A stretch of DNA of 64,000 nucleotides. It comes from Yuukianura sp. NJ FZ-2021. Its lineage: Eukaryota. The stretch spans positions 4,154,001 through 4,218,000 of the forward strand of contig CM102290.1 of NCBI GenBank assembly GCA_046563655.1, written 5' to 3'. Below, one piece after another: positions 41,295 through 54,300 of this stretch; the first letter of the stretch is position 1; every line of letters begins with the position of its first letter. The position numbers and the translations under genes were made by a program. The notes below the pieces were generated by a model that saw nothing but the letters and a program-made list of their open reading frames with translations, was not told the origin of the DNA and ran no database searches.

Positions 41295-42186
41295 GACAAG
41301 ACTTCGTAAGACTTGTGCCACATTAACCTAAACTTAATTATGTTTTCGACGTTAATGAAATCCTAGACGCTGACTCACCCTTATTGGAAGTAGGTTACAA
41401 GTGTTAAATTGGTAACAAAACTAATTCGTATATGTTGATTGATTCCCTGTGATAAAGTGTAATTGTTTACTATTAACTGTTAAGTATTCCTGCTAAGTTA
41501 CTGCTCAATGATTATAGCACTACTGGCCAGATTGACTGATGAATTGTCTCTTTCTTTCCAGTGTCTTTCTTCTTTCTCTTCCAAATCAAAACAATTTCTG
41601 TCATCATTCCATGTAAAATTAAGTACTGTAAAAATCATTTGCCAAAAATAAACTTACAACATTTTACAAAAAAAAAAGTGATCCTTTTAATGAATTTTGC
41701 AGTTCTGTTTAATTTCTCTCCAACTTTTACAAGGTTTGGCCGCCGCTCTCAATACCTCTGCGCAAAAGACATGAAATTGGACTCATTTTTGCTCTAACAA
41801 TAAATTACAAATCTTTACGGCGTTCAAGTAACACTTGACCACGGGTTTGACACTTTGATAAAGATTTCACAAAATTGGAATGGAAAAATAGAGAAATAGA
41901 CATTAAGGTTTACTATTCATTGACTGTTGTCACTTATAAATCGAATGCTTTGAGTTTCTGATAACTTTACAACGTCATTTTTCCAATTGTTCTGGACAAT
42001 TAATCCCATCAAAATAGTAAATGACCTTTCTGATTAATTTTCGATTAGTAGGCACTTATTTGTTCCTTTTCTAGAAATTGGCAATTAGGAGTCAAGGTAA
42101 AGTGAGCGGATTAGAATTAAAGGGTGACGACTCATAAGTTATCGTCACGGAGAGCTTGATTGATATGTATACTGAAAGAATTCTGC

Positions 42187-44116
42187 TTAGGAAAGACAGG
42201 CAACCGCCTTCTTTGCTGCGTCGTCCAAATTCTCAGCCGAAAGAATTGCCAATCCAGATTGACGTAAGAGTTGCTTGGCATTGTCAACATTTGTACCTAA
42301 ACAGGTTGGTTAGAATTAAGTTTCGATTTCTCATTTTGAGAAGTTAAATCAAAAGTTCTGTAATCATAGAATTTACCTTCCAAGCGAACAATCAAGGGAA
42401 CTCTGAGACCAACCGTTTTGCAGGCATTAATAACACCACCAGCAATTGTTGCACAATTAACTATTCCACCGAAAACGTTTACAAGAATGGCTTTGACATG
42501 TGGATCTAGAAAACAAAAGACAGAATTAAAATGTGAATGAACATCGCTTACGCTATAAAGAAAGACGTTTGCTAACCTGACTGAAGAATTCGGAATGCTT
42601 CTGTAACTTGCTGTTCTTGGACGTTACCACCAACGTCCAAGAAGTTAGCTGGATCACCACCATATAATTTGATGATGTCCATAGTGGCCATTGCAAGACC
42701 AGCACCGTTAACTAAGCATCCAATGTTCCCTGACATTTGAATGTAATTCAAGTTGAACTTTCCAGCTTCAACTTCTCGAGGGTCAGCTTCACCGGTTGCT
42801 TCGGCATCAAACAGTGCTTTCTGTCGAAACTTCGCATTGTCGTCGATTTGAACCTTAGCGTCAACAGACATGACACCGCGATTCGTAGTCGCAAATGGAT
42901 TAATCTCTAATTGAATAACGTCATTCTTCATGAAAACTTCATACAGCTTCATAATTTCGTGAGCAGCCTATAGACGTTAAAAATTAACATCAAAGCAAAT
43001 GTTTTTATAGCATACACAAGCAAGCTACATAACATAAAGTCAGATTAACTTGCCTGTTCAACTAAGGGTCCCTTGAACTCAAGAAACGCCGCAATATCTT
43101 TAGCAGAGTTTGAACTGAGTCCAGCAAAGACGTCAATTGGAACAGTTTTGATTTTCTCTGGAGTGGTGCTAGCGACGTCTTCAATATCAACCCCGCCGGC
43201 TGGTGAAGCAATGCATACAGCCCCATTGTGATCTCTAAATTTAGCAACATTGGAAAACGATTACAAATATTTACTATAAGAGCATTAGCATACAAATTGA
43301 GCCATGCGTTATTATTACCTGTCGAGTAAAAAGCAAAGATATTTCTCTTCAAATATGTCAACCGATTGGGCAATCATGACTTGATTCACCGGAGCACCAT
43401 CAGCTGCAGTTTGCTTTGTAATGAGACGATTTCCCAGCATTTGCTTCACAACTTCTTGGACTTTGGAATGACTGCGATATTTTCCAAAATTAGGCATCAA
43501 ATAATAAATAAAGGTAAAAAAGTGTAATGGATAGATCATTATGATGAAGCTTAGTTTCATTTACTCTTTCAGTACGTGGACACCGGACTTGAATCTGTTA
43601 AAATTCACAAAAAAAGATAACATAAAAGAATGAACCATTTGCCAAACACATTGAAAAGAAAGCCTCTTACCCGGTATTGAACGTTCCTTTTCCACGGCCA
43701 CCGGCATGTACTTGAGCCTTTACGACATACTCGTCCACCTCTGCAATTTGAACAATTTGAATACGATTTACCTTTATACACGCCAAATTACACATTGATG
43801 GCATTTAGTAGTTTTCAAGTCGTCGGCAGTACAGAACTTACTGAAATTGTTCACACGGTCTGCAATCTCAGACTTGTCTTGAATAACCACGAATTTCTGC
43901 ACCGATACTCCAGATGCTGCCAAAATTTCTTTGCTTTGATATTCCAAAAGATTCAGGTTCCTCTTTGGAAGACATTCCTGTCACATATGAACGGTTTCAT
44001 TAAAGGAGAGCTACATGAGTTTTAACTAGAAAATGAGAGAGACAATTAGTAGTACTGACCAGTTGTTTCTTTCCCTTTAACAAACCCGTCGGAAGGTTTC
44101 TCAATTGTCGCCACAT
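42187..44116 (-). CDS. SUCLG2: Succinate-CoA ligase (GDP-forming) beta subunit, mitochondrial, 9 exons
   Basis: Basic presequence [90 protein letters not shown] (GDP-type rather than ADP-type RCD); VRLEGTNV. Confidence 0.93.
42968..43053 (-). other. Non-canonical GC-AG intron in SUCLG2
   Basis: Minus-strand CAG/GCAAGT donor and TATAG/G acceptor join GPLVEQ to AAHEIMKLY in frame. Confidence 0.85.
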
Positions 44117-44604
44117 GCCGAACACTGTTAGAAAAAGAAAACGTTAGTAAAATGTATTTTAAATTTGTTTCAAACTATTTTCGAATTCGATAAACGGCAC
44201 TTGTGGCGTGCATTGTGCACTGCAATAACCTTTTCCGTATGGCTCGTCAAAACTCAAATGTGAAAAATACTAAGAAACAAGTGTAACTGGCGACAGCGGA
44301 ATACGCAATTGGAATCTTGGATAGTTACCACCTTGACAATTACTAGTGCCACTTTAAAATAATTGAGCAAGAAGGCCCTCCTCTGGAATTTGTCTCCCTT
44401 TCTACCGGTAAAGTGAGGAAGATAAACTATTAGGTGATTTTTTTTTAGTATGGCCTCAAACTTGCAGATTCTCTCTCGGTAAGTTGAGTGGGTGTCTGTC
44501 AAGTCCATCCGATCCATGTGTAAAAGAGATCTCGCCTCGCACCGCACTGGTGTTTTTTCGCCGCATACGAGTAAAAGTGCGGTAATTTGGTACTTTACGT
44601 AGCA

Positions 44605-44612
44605 TATCGATA
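44605..44612. promoter_or_regulatory. DRE (DREF-binding) palindrome upstream of SUCLG2
   Basis: Exact TATCGATA about 0.5 kb upstream of the SUCLG2 start codon, in the divergent SUCLG2/DnaJ intergenic region. This is a typical arthropod housekeeping promoter element. Confidence 0.45.
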
Positions 44613-45546
44613 TAACGATTGGATTGCTATTGCAGTTTAGATTAAATTCACATATTTATTCATGTTACAGTATAAAAAGTAAGTGGTAGAATTGTATTAG
44701 TGTGTACTATTTTTGAAAATTTTTGTGCAGACACTACATGCACCCCCTGATCACAGAAAACAAAAAAAAATTGACCGAAAATCAAAAAAAAATCTATTTT
44801 TTTTTTCAAAATTTTGAAAAAAAAATTTTCTTCTGCGAATTGTATGAAAATCGGTTTCTAGGCTAATTTAAGTATGCTGAACACGATTCTGAAAGAATAA
44901 GCATAATCATGAGTACTACTATCTACTTATGGTTAACTGGTTCCGTTCCTTGAGTCAATATTTGCATTCGTTTGCAAACAAGTCCGAATATTTCGTGGTT
45001 TTGAAAATTTCAGTTCTATGTTTATATTTAGTCTAACTGCTAATGGACAATAAATAAAGCTGGTAAAGCGAAAAATTAGTCTGCCAGTCATTAGTTATTT
45101 CGGGATGTTGGAGAAAAGAAGCTTTCTATTCTATCTAGTGCCCGGCTCTGTCAGCATCAGACCAAGTAACCCCAGAATATTTTCTACAAGGGTTTTTGAA
45201 ACCCCAATTCCCCCTCTCAGCCCCACTGTCCTATTTTTGTTTCCTTTTTCTTGTCCTTGTTTAGGCAGATTTTAGAAAGTCGAACTCTGTTTGACTTGAC
45301 CTTATTTTATTCCTGTCTTAGTATGTATTTTCTGATATTAGATTATATTCTTTAATTACATTAATCAACTTCGTACACACTGATAGAGTTGTTTACACTT
45401 TAACAACCATTTGCTGAGTTTTCACCACCGTTAATCATAAAGTGTTCGGAGAAAGACTGTAGGCATTAGAATTGAGGTTAAATTTTAACAGCCTTTTGTC
45501 CTAGAAATGTCCTGTAGCTGCAAAAGAAAGTTTGCTGAACTGACGC

Positions 45547-48526
45547 ATGAAGCAGACTCTGGACCAGCAGTGGACAAGGATACTGCAAAACGTGAGAGGA
45601 AAGACATCTCACAAAAGGTACGTGGATAGTTTCGGAATCGGAGCGTGGCCCAGATTTCGATTCCATGTTTGTTTCTACACTAATTCGAGGGTGCGGAAAC
45701 CGATTACCTTATGAAAGAATTTTTCTCCGGAAATGAATGGAAGTATTTTGTTTAAATTTTGAAATTGAAATTTCCCCATTAGGACACATGCTAGTTTTTT
45801 CTTCTATTTTGCTAGGTTAGGTTAGGTAACGTTTCTTAAAGCGTTAAACAATGTTTTTATAACGTTTAGGTTAGGTTTGGTTAGGTTCCGAAAAATGGGA
45901 GTTTTTTCTTCGAAAAGTTAACATGTGTCCTTCTCCTTAATGGGGAAATTTCAATTTTCAAAACTTAAAAAAAAATACTTCTCTTCGTTTCCGTAGAAAA
46001 ATTCTTTGATAATCGGTTTCAGCACGCTCGAATTAGTCTTGAAACAAATATGGAATCCAAATCTGGGCCAAGCCACGATTCCGACATTTCTCCGGTACGT
46101 GCAATAACTAAACTAAATACAAATCATATGTTACGTTCAACTGAATTTGAACGACCTAGTAACCGTAATTTACGGTCCGTAAATGTCTTGCTGAGTTCCT
46201 GTATTTTTTTAAGAATGCGAGTCCATCAGCTGCGTTATGGTGTAATCAAGTTTTTCAGCATTCATGTAACAACGCCCAGCCAGTACCAATCAATCCGTAC
46301 GTTACATTAGCATGACCTACTAATCCAACTAATTTTAACTTACACCTAGAACATTTTTTTAATAAATTTTAGCGAGGCGGATGAACTAAAACAACAAGGC
46401 GACCGTCATCTCGCACAAAACCAGTTTCAATCCGCGCTTGAATTTTACAACGAAGCTTTAGGTAAGTCTAAAGGCCGTATTTACGTATTTGTACTTTTCA
46501 TGAGTTAAGTTAGAACTCATGAAAAGTACATAGTAATGGACATATCAATGTCAATGGATTATATTTGAATATTTATTTGATTTAAATTCAACAGAAAAAC
46601 AGTGTAACCCGGAGTATCTCGCGCAACGAGCAGCAGCGTACTTTGGTCTGAAGCAATTCGAACTGGCGCAACTAGATGCGAAGGCTGCTGTAGAATTTAA
46701 TTCTAGTGTAGAGCCTAATTTACAGGTGGGTATATAAAATGACACTTTTTATGTAACATTTCGCTCCCATTGACCTATCATTCCATTATTTCAGGCAGCA
46801 TTATGGCTTCTGCGGAGCTCAATATGCCTAGGTGACGCTCAAAATGGCGACGTTGCGGTCACGCTTCTCAGGAACCACCATCGACGAACAGATATATCAA
46901 AGGAGGAAATGGAGCTGATTACTTTAAAAATGGTGTCGGAGGAAATTGATGCGTTGATAGTTAAAAAAGAATTTCGAACTGTAAGTTTAATATTTATATA
47001 TGTTATGTGTTGTAAATGCAAGACTACCTAAGCAATATTCGTATTAATTCAGATTCAGTTGACGTAAAAATAATCTAGTTTCTTTGATTCAGGTTGTTGT
47101 ACTTTGTGGACGAGCCCTAAATATCGCTCCAGGTTGCGTCACATTCAAGCTAATCAAAGCGGAAACCCTGCTGATGCTTGACAGAGCCGTAGAAGCCAGT
47201 ATCGTATGCTCGTAAGTATTAGCTCATCGTAAAATCAAAATACTTCCCATACTTACTGTGTCGGGTAGAAACGAAATCGAACAACGTTAATACTTGGATG
47301 TTGTTTTGAACAGGGAAGTTATAGGCCTTGATAAGACATGTGCGAAGGGACACTACATCCGGGCATTCTGCTTTTACATCCAGGGCAACTTGGAAGAGGC
47401 ACTGGACGTCTTGGAATATGCGTGTCATGTATGCGCGGAGTCCACTTTCTTGTCTGATCTTTTGGGGGTATGCTTCTCTTTTGCTGAGTACCCATATACC
47501 TACGGCCCACTTGGATTTAGCTGAAAGCATCATCGCGGTTTTCTTTGCATTTCAGAAATTCCAAGCACTGGCGAAAACCCGGACTGAGGCCACAGAAAAA
47601 AAGAGTCAAGGTTGTAACGCGGAGGCCAAGAAGGGGTTTCTGGAGTGCCTGCGCATCATGGAAGGCATAGAGCATAGAAGTGTGAGTAATATTACATTCA
47701 ATCACATTTTTTAATTAAAATGAATTAGTATTATTACACTTTCTAGAATTTTTTTTTGAGAATACGAATGTTTTATTATTATTATTGATGCTGATCAGAC
47801 GGCCATACAAGGTAGGATTTTTCAACGCCTCTCCGCCCTTTCGGAACTCTCCGGAGATTTAGATACTGCACTGGATTGGGCAGTCAAATCAGTAACTATG
47901 ATGCCGGATAGCTTGGAGACCGTCGTCCATCGTGCTCATCTCTACAAAAAGAAAGGATTGTTCAGGAAAGCAATTGAAGATTACCAGGTTAATATAAAAT
48001 TCTCTAATTTTCAAAAAAAAAAAAGTGTTACTTAAATAATTTTGTATATACTTTCAAAAGTTTCCTAATCAATAACTTATGTCGCATATTTTAGACGGCG
48101 ATTTCGTTGGATCCCGAAAACGATATGTATAAGATATACATTCACCAGATGAAGAAATATAGTACCACTCCCAAGAAGACTCCAATGGGGGCCCACTATC
48201 GAATTCTTGGGATATCTCCAATAGCCACTCAAGATGAAATCAAAATCGCTTACAAGAAGCAGGCTCTCGTACACCATCCGGGTAAGATACCAATTTATGA
48301 ATGTATCCACGTAGTTTTAGCGATTCAGTGTTTATATCTGTGACATTTGTGTATATTCTTGGCAGATAAACACTCCCATGCAAACGAGGAAGTGAAAAAA
48401 GCACAAGAAGCTAAATTCCAACTAATCGGTAACGCTTATAAAATACTGTCCAATGTGACGTCAAGGCGTGACTACGACATGGCCTTAAGGCGACAACACT
48501 TTATCGAAGACTTGCAACATATTTAA
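45547..48526 (+). CDS. Divergent DnaJ subfamily C member 7-like TPR and J-domain co-chaperone, about 10 exons
   Basis: TPR-like exons (EADELKQQGDRHL...ALEFYNEAL; YLAQRAAAYFGLKQF; RALNIAPGCVTFKLIKAETL; GHYIRAFCFYIQGNLEEAL; HRAHLYKKKGLFRKAIEDYQ). C-terminal J domain HYRILGI...EIKIAYKKQALVHHP/DKH...KFQLIGNAYKILS with HPD intact across an intron. The first exon (45547-45617) was chosen by phase match and is less certain. Confidence 0.82.
45624..46093. mobile_element. Foldback/MULE-like non-autonomous element with long inverted arms and central TTAGG motifs
   Basis: About 170-bp imperfect inverted arms (~45632-45800 vs ~45910-46084), e.g. CCCAGATTTCGATTCCAT/ATGGAATCCAAATCTGGG and GAAATTTCCCCATTA/TAATGGGGAAATTTC. 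Flanked by the direct repeat GGTACGT(G) at 45617 and 46094. The centre has GGTTAGGTTAGG and TTAGGTTAGGTTTGGTTAGG. Confidence 0.8.
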
Positions 48527-51351
48527 GATCTGACATTTATTTCAACAAAGCTAATTGAAGAAGGTCTTGTCGACTGAATTATTGTATCTAATTACTTTAA
48601 CTTAGTACGTAGACGCACAAAACCAACGCCATGTAAGGTGACTTACTATTTTCACTTTAAACTCAATTTGGAATTGCCGAGCATATTTTTTAACTTGATC
48701 TGCCCAAAAATTTTGAAACAAAGACTGCTATGCGTTGTTCAATATAACGTTTTTATTCTCTGAAAACACAACTGCCAACCCATTTCTCTCGAAATTAGTC
48801 GTTTATTTTTAAACTGATTTTAATCTTCCTATCGAACTAATCTTATGATTGTTAAGTTTTTGTATTATTTTATTCGATTTTATTAATCGAACTCAAATTC
48901 TGATATGTACAGGAGTTAACGATAAATTTCCCTTTCTGAGTTATGGTTTAGGACCAAACACGTTCCTACCTTGTAGCAAACAAAAACAAGGTAATAAAAT
49001 ATTTGTTTCGGTTGGAGAAGCTGTTAAGCTGGTTTCCTTTCAAGTTAGCATTCGCGAGTGAAAGATTGGTAAAGTCTTCCAGAACAAGTTAGTGTAAGTT
49101 TAGTACTTAGCAACTGAACTTAAGCCGGACTGAACGGAGCATTCCTGTATAGGGGAAGGGAACTGTAGCCCTCGTAAAGAAACTGCTTTGAATCAGTAAG
49201 CATCATTCCCTACTACATACGTACGCAGAGTTGCCATCGTGCGAAATATGCGACATGGAGTGGACATGGGGTATCACTCGGAGAATCCGATTTGAGATCT
49301 TTCAAGTTCAACCATGACTCCAGATTTAAAAAGAAAACTCTATACTATGTGCGAATTCCATTTCACGGTGATCTTTCTTATCAATTACCCAGCTTTTAGG
49401 TATTTTATGACGTACTTCGACGAAAACATGACACATTAGTTCATACATCTAAACGAAACCTTCGTTTACAAATTCCCTAAAACGGTTTTGTAGTTCTACA
49501 ACATACATAATGATATTTATATATTTATTGTACGTTTGCACTGCAAACTTTTCAGTAAATGTTACTGCATCATTCCCTCTCGTAGAGCTTGCTAAAGATG
49601 GTGTGATTTGATGAAGCACTTTTGAACATTATGGGAACGTAATTTTTATAAATTTGTGAGCATGTTGGGAAAGAGTTGAGATTAGAAGGTAATATAATTG
49701 GTTGGAGATATTAGGAGTAGATGTTTAGTTTAGTAAGGCCCCTGTGTGTTTCTCTGGGTGTCCAGAAGGAAGTTGTGTCCAAATTCCTGTGCGGAGCAGG
49801 AGGAGGGTGGCCTCTTCACTCTCACTATACCCACTTGGCTTATCAGTCCAAAGGTGTTAAGAGTCCATCAAGAGCACATACCACCACCAACACCTATGCT
49901 ATAGCACCATAGGATCCCAAAGTACATATCACTACAGTATAACATAGGTCTAGGACCCCAACCGAACCATGGACCCACAACTTCCTACGGTAACGGAGTC
50001 CTCACAACAAGAAATACCGAGCAGAAGCAGTTCCATCCAACTCAACAAAAAAGTTAGCAAACACCTACACTACTACTACCATAGATACACCAACAACACT
50101 TCAAAGAATCTAGACCCACAAGTCCAAAGCCCCACCACCAACCACCACCACCGTCAAACCAACCATTGGGACTTATACTCCGTCACCCAACACCCTTAAA
50201 CCCCTCTCTCCTACAGCTCGCAACTTCCAAGCCACCACCGAGGAGGTAAACAGTGTGCGGAACAATGTCCTAATTGTCCAATTACTCTCAACTCCAGTCA
50301 CTCTTAAATACTTAATCAAAAAGAACAACAAGCTTGGCCTTAGCAACCTCACAAGTCTTACCCCTTGTTCTTCAACCATCACAACGGCAAAGGCTTCCCA
50401 AATAGTGCCAGTCACTCGTCTTGTCACAAACTTCAATGGGCCCTTGGAGTTGTCAAGCGATATACGTGAACTAACGTAACAGTGGACACCAGCTTCAAAT
50501 TGGAATCTTTTTCATTCATCTAATCGCACAACGTTCGTTGAAACAAAAGAAACGTTAAGGTCAACTTTCATTTGCCACCAAATTTCGACATTGTTGTCGG
50601 AATGGGAATGTGACAGTGGGTTACGTTTGGAGCGGCAACACATTAAGATAATAAGAGTATTCAAGGTTAAAATCCAGCAGAGTAGCAAATAATTGGTAAC
50701 TGAAGCGGATCTGAATGTGCGTCAGCCCCGTTCAATTTCATTTGGACGAAGCCACCTCGTCTATCTTAATTATGTAGCGTAAACCAATGCTCTAAACCAC
50801 AAGGGAGGCAACTGATTACCCGAGGCAGATTAATCAGTGAACGACAAAGTGACCACAATTATGCCTGATCCACATCAAGTCTTCCCGCTCTGCATCAAAC
50901 ACCACCATCGGAGTGTTCTACAAGTTGTGCTTACCAAGCACGCCACAGCACATGACTTAAAATGAATCAGCGATTCAGCAATGAACAAATAGGCAACAAA
51001 AGTGAAAGTTATAGCTATAAACTATTGATAAAAGCGGAAGGAGACTCTGAGAACAACCACAGGGTAATTGATTACCAGGGCAGTTATTTCTAAGCTATAA
51101 TTAAATCCTCGTGGAGAAACGACCCTGAACAGGTACGAGACTCTATTGGTAGTAATTGCCAATTTATTATTTGTTTACATTACATTGTTAGTAGGCAGCA
51201 TGTAGTATTTATTTAGAAGAACATTTAATTTTAGAACTAGTAGTTCCTTGTCTCTTTTTCTTGCACAACCTTGTAATTTGCCGAACATCGGTCCACAATC
51301 AATTAAAATGTTTTGTTATTTAAATTATAGGTGTCAAAGGGAGTCCAGACC

Positions 51352-54300
51352 ATGGAAACGGTGGATAAGCGTCGGAAGAACGCTGGAGGCGGTGGGCCAA
51401 ATGCCAAGAGTCCTCGTCGCAAAAACAAGAATGGTCTCAACAAGGGAATTAAGGAGGAGAAAATTAGTCCAGTGATGGGTTCGGATCCGAGCGGTGTGAA
51501 TTGTGGTGACCCGCACGGAGATTGTTCTTCGACTCCGAATCAATCCAAAGGAGGACTTCCAGACGATCTATTGCTCAATGGGAGTGACATCAAACTTGAG
51601 AACCCATCTACCCCGCAATTACTGGATTCTAAGCATTCAGACTGCAATTCAGTATCCGATATCCCACCACTCTCTGATCTCGGTCACTCAGACTTTCCTG
51701 ACTGTGAGTCATTTCTTGTTCTTATCATCACTTTTTCAATATTATAATAGAACATTACGACTGCGATGTACATTGGGTAACCAACCACTCCGATTCGGAT
51801 TCCCCACCGCAGAATCTCTCTCAATTCTACTTTGGCATTGTCGCTCAAATATTCTCTCTTATTTATTTGTTTTGCCAAATTAGTACCAAGTACGATAGCA
51901 AAACAAAGTTTCGCAATCACACACCACCAATTGCTGGGGATCATAGTCTTGGTTCTCAGCAAATCCGTGGGCTAATTTGAGTTAATATTCCAAAGGGTAG
52001 GGGATATGCCAACAGAAGAAGACGGTAAATGTAACCGATTATCAACGGCGGACCGTGCTAAAATATTGTTTTCGTGTCTATAATCTAGTCCTTGTCCAAC
52101 AAAATTCTTGTTGATGGGATCTAAATTGGTACCAATTTCTGATTAATATTTCCTAACTTGTGTACAACCCGTTGACAAGGGTGGACAATTGATAGGTAGA
52201 AAAATAGGAGCAAAGCGGATTGTATTCATAATAGTGAAATGGGCTCAACAGAATGATTGACATCTTCATTCAGTTTATCCATGCTAAATATTTTATGTCC
52301 TTCTTCTTGTTTGCATTCGTTCAAAGGTTTTGTTTGTTGAAAGGGCTTATACGAGAAAGTAATAGCCAGAAGCTAGGAAAAATGAAGGGCCCTCTACTAG
52401 TATTTGTACGTTTGAGGACGAACTACCGTATTTCCTCACCTATAAGACGCGCAATATAATGCACCGTTTTCTTTCACCTGAAGACTTCAAACTGCGCGTC
52501 AAAGGATAACTACAAGGCTAAGGGGATACTAAACGATACAAGTTGACCATTGAATTTACTTTGATTTTATTTTTAGGTAAGCCACAAATGGATCCCTACT
52601 GTTACCCTCATTACAATAATATGCCACCGAGCAATAGTTCAATTCCTCCTCACCCAGGAGACTACGGTCCACCGCCGCCGCACATGATGGGTGGATATCA
52701 TCAACCTCCGCAGCCACTTCATGGACCTCCGCCAAACGCTACAAAACAGCAGCCCAGTACGCTAGAAGCACAATACATGCAGCAGCAGAATCAAATCTTT
52801 GTCTTCTCAACTAAACTTGCAAATAAGGCAGCTGAAGCCGTGCTACAGGGTCAGTTTCCTACAATAATAGCATTTCATACGTCACAAGCGGCAACGCGGA
52901 AATTCCTTGAGGTAGGAAACGGTTTACTGTCAAAAATTAAACTTGGATAAGTCAGTTACTAAATGTTTACGTATCTTGGACAGTGTCAAGGGAATCCGTC
53001 TTGGTCCACTCCACCTCCACCGACCGGAAAAATGGGGAAAGGCGCTAAAAATCAGCAGCATCAGATGCCCGTAATGCCTGGCGGTGGCCCTAACTCAAAC
53101 ATGCCCCCTGATTTTATGCACCAAGGTCATCCTCCTTCATCGCCGTGCAATATGTACAACATGAATCCGGTGAGCAAAGTTAGAGTCATCTCAAGCTTTT
53201 CCGGTTTGCGTTTGTTATGCATAATTGTATAATTGTTTGTGATGTATAATTCCTTTTGATCGTACAGAAGTCATCACCGCAGCAGCCATATTCGAACTAC
53301 TACGACGGTCCGAACATGAACATGATGGGGCCTGGACCTATGGGCCCTCATTCGATGGGCCCAGGAGGGCCAATGGGCCCTCACTCGATGGGACATGGTG
53401 GCCCTATGGCCCCCCATTGCATGGGAGGAGGACGTCCAATGGGCCCTGGACCAGGGCCTATGGGGCAGCAGCCGTACTTTGGAAATGGGCCTCCCGATGG
53501 TTCACAATCCAATCGCCTAACTGGTGTGAAAATCCCGGATGAAAACTTAACCCCACAACAGAGGCATCACCGGGAAGAACAGCTAGCGAAGTTGAGGAAG
53601 TTGCAACAAGTATTAATTCCGGATAATGAACATCCTGGAACTCCGCCCGGGGATCCAAATTGTCATCCTATTCAGCCTCACGAAAACATAGATGGATATA
53701 GTATGCAACCGGTAATCCGTCTAAATTTTCTGCAAATCTGTTATTTCGATAAAGTTTTCATTTAATAATTTTAATTACGTTTAGGCTCGTCCTCCGTCCG
53801 GCCCAATGGGAATGGATTACAACATGCACGGATCTGGAGGTCCACTAAGCAATAAACAGTCGTCCAATAATGACTGGTCACCGGGTCCATTTTTTATGGA
53901 TGGACCTGGAATGAAACAATCAGGGCCTATTGGCTCAAATGGAAATGGACCTAGGAGTGTTAAAGGAGGAGGTGGAAGCATACCTAGTCCTGCAACACCG
54001 CTAACGCCTGGAAGTTCCTGTGGTGCTGCTCATCGGTAACAATTATTGTGATATCATAGTCTAACTTTCACGGGTTTTCACAAATTATTTTGTTGTTGAT
54101 TTGATCAGACCTTCTCCTCATTCTCCAATGTCAAGTGATCCACTGTACTCCGGAAGCGGAGGAGGGCACTCTTTCTATCCGTCTGGATATTACAGTCCTC
54201 AAGTGGGACAAGTTCAAGACAATTCTCCATCCGGAGCTACCGTTCAACGCAAAGACTCTGAATCCAGCAACAGCGACGGAGGAAAGAGCAGAAAAGACAA

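Noticed and set aside
45478..46310. Two ORFs starting MESKSGP on opposite strands
   Set aside because: They are mirror images produced by the inverted arms of the foldback element, not genes.
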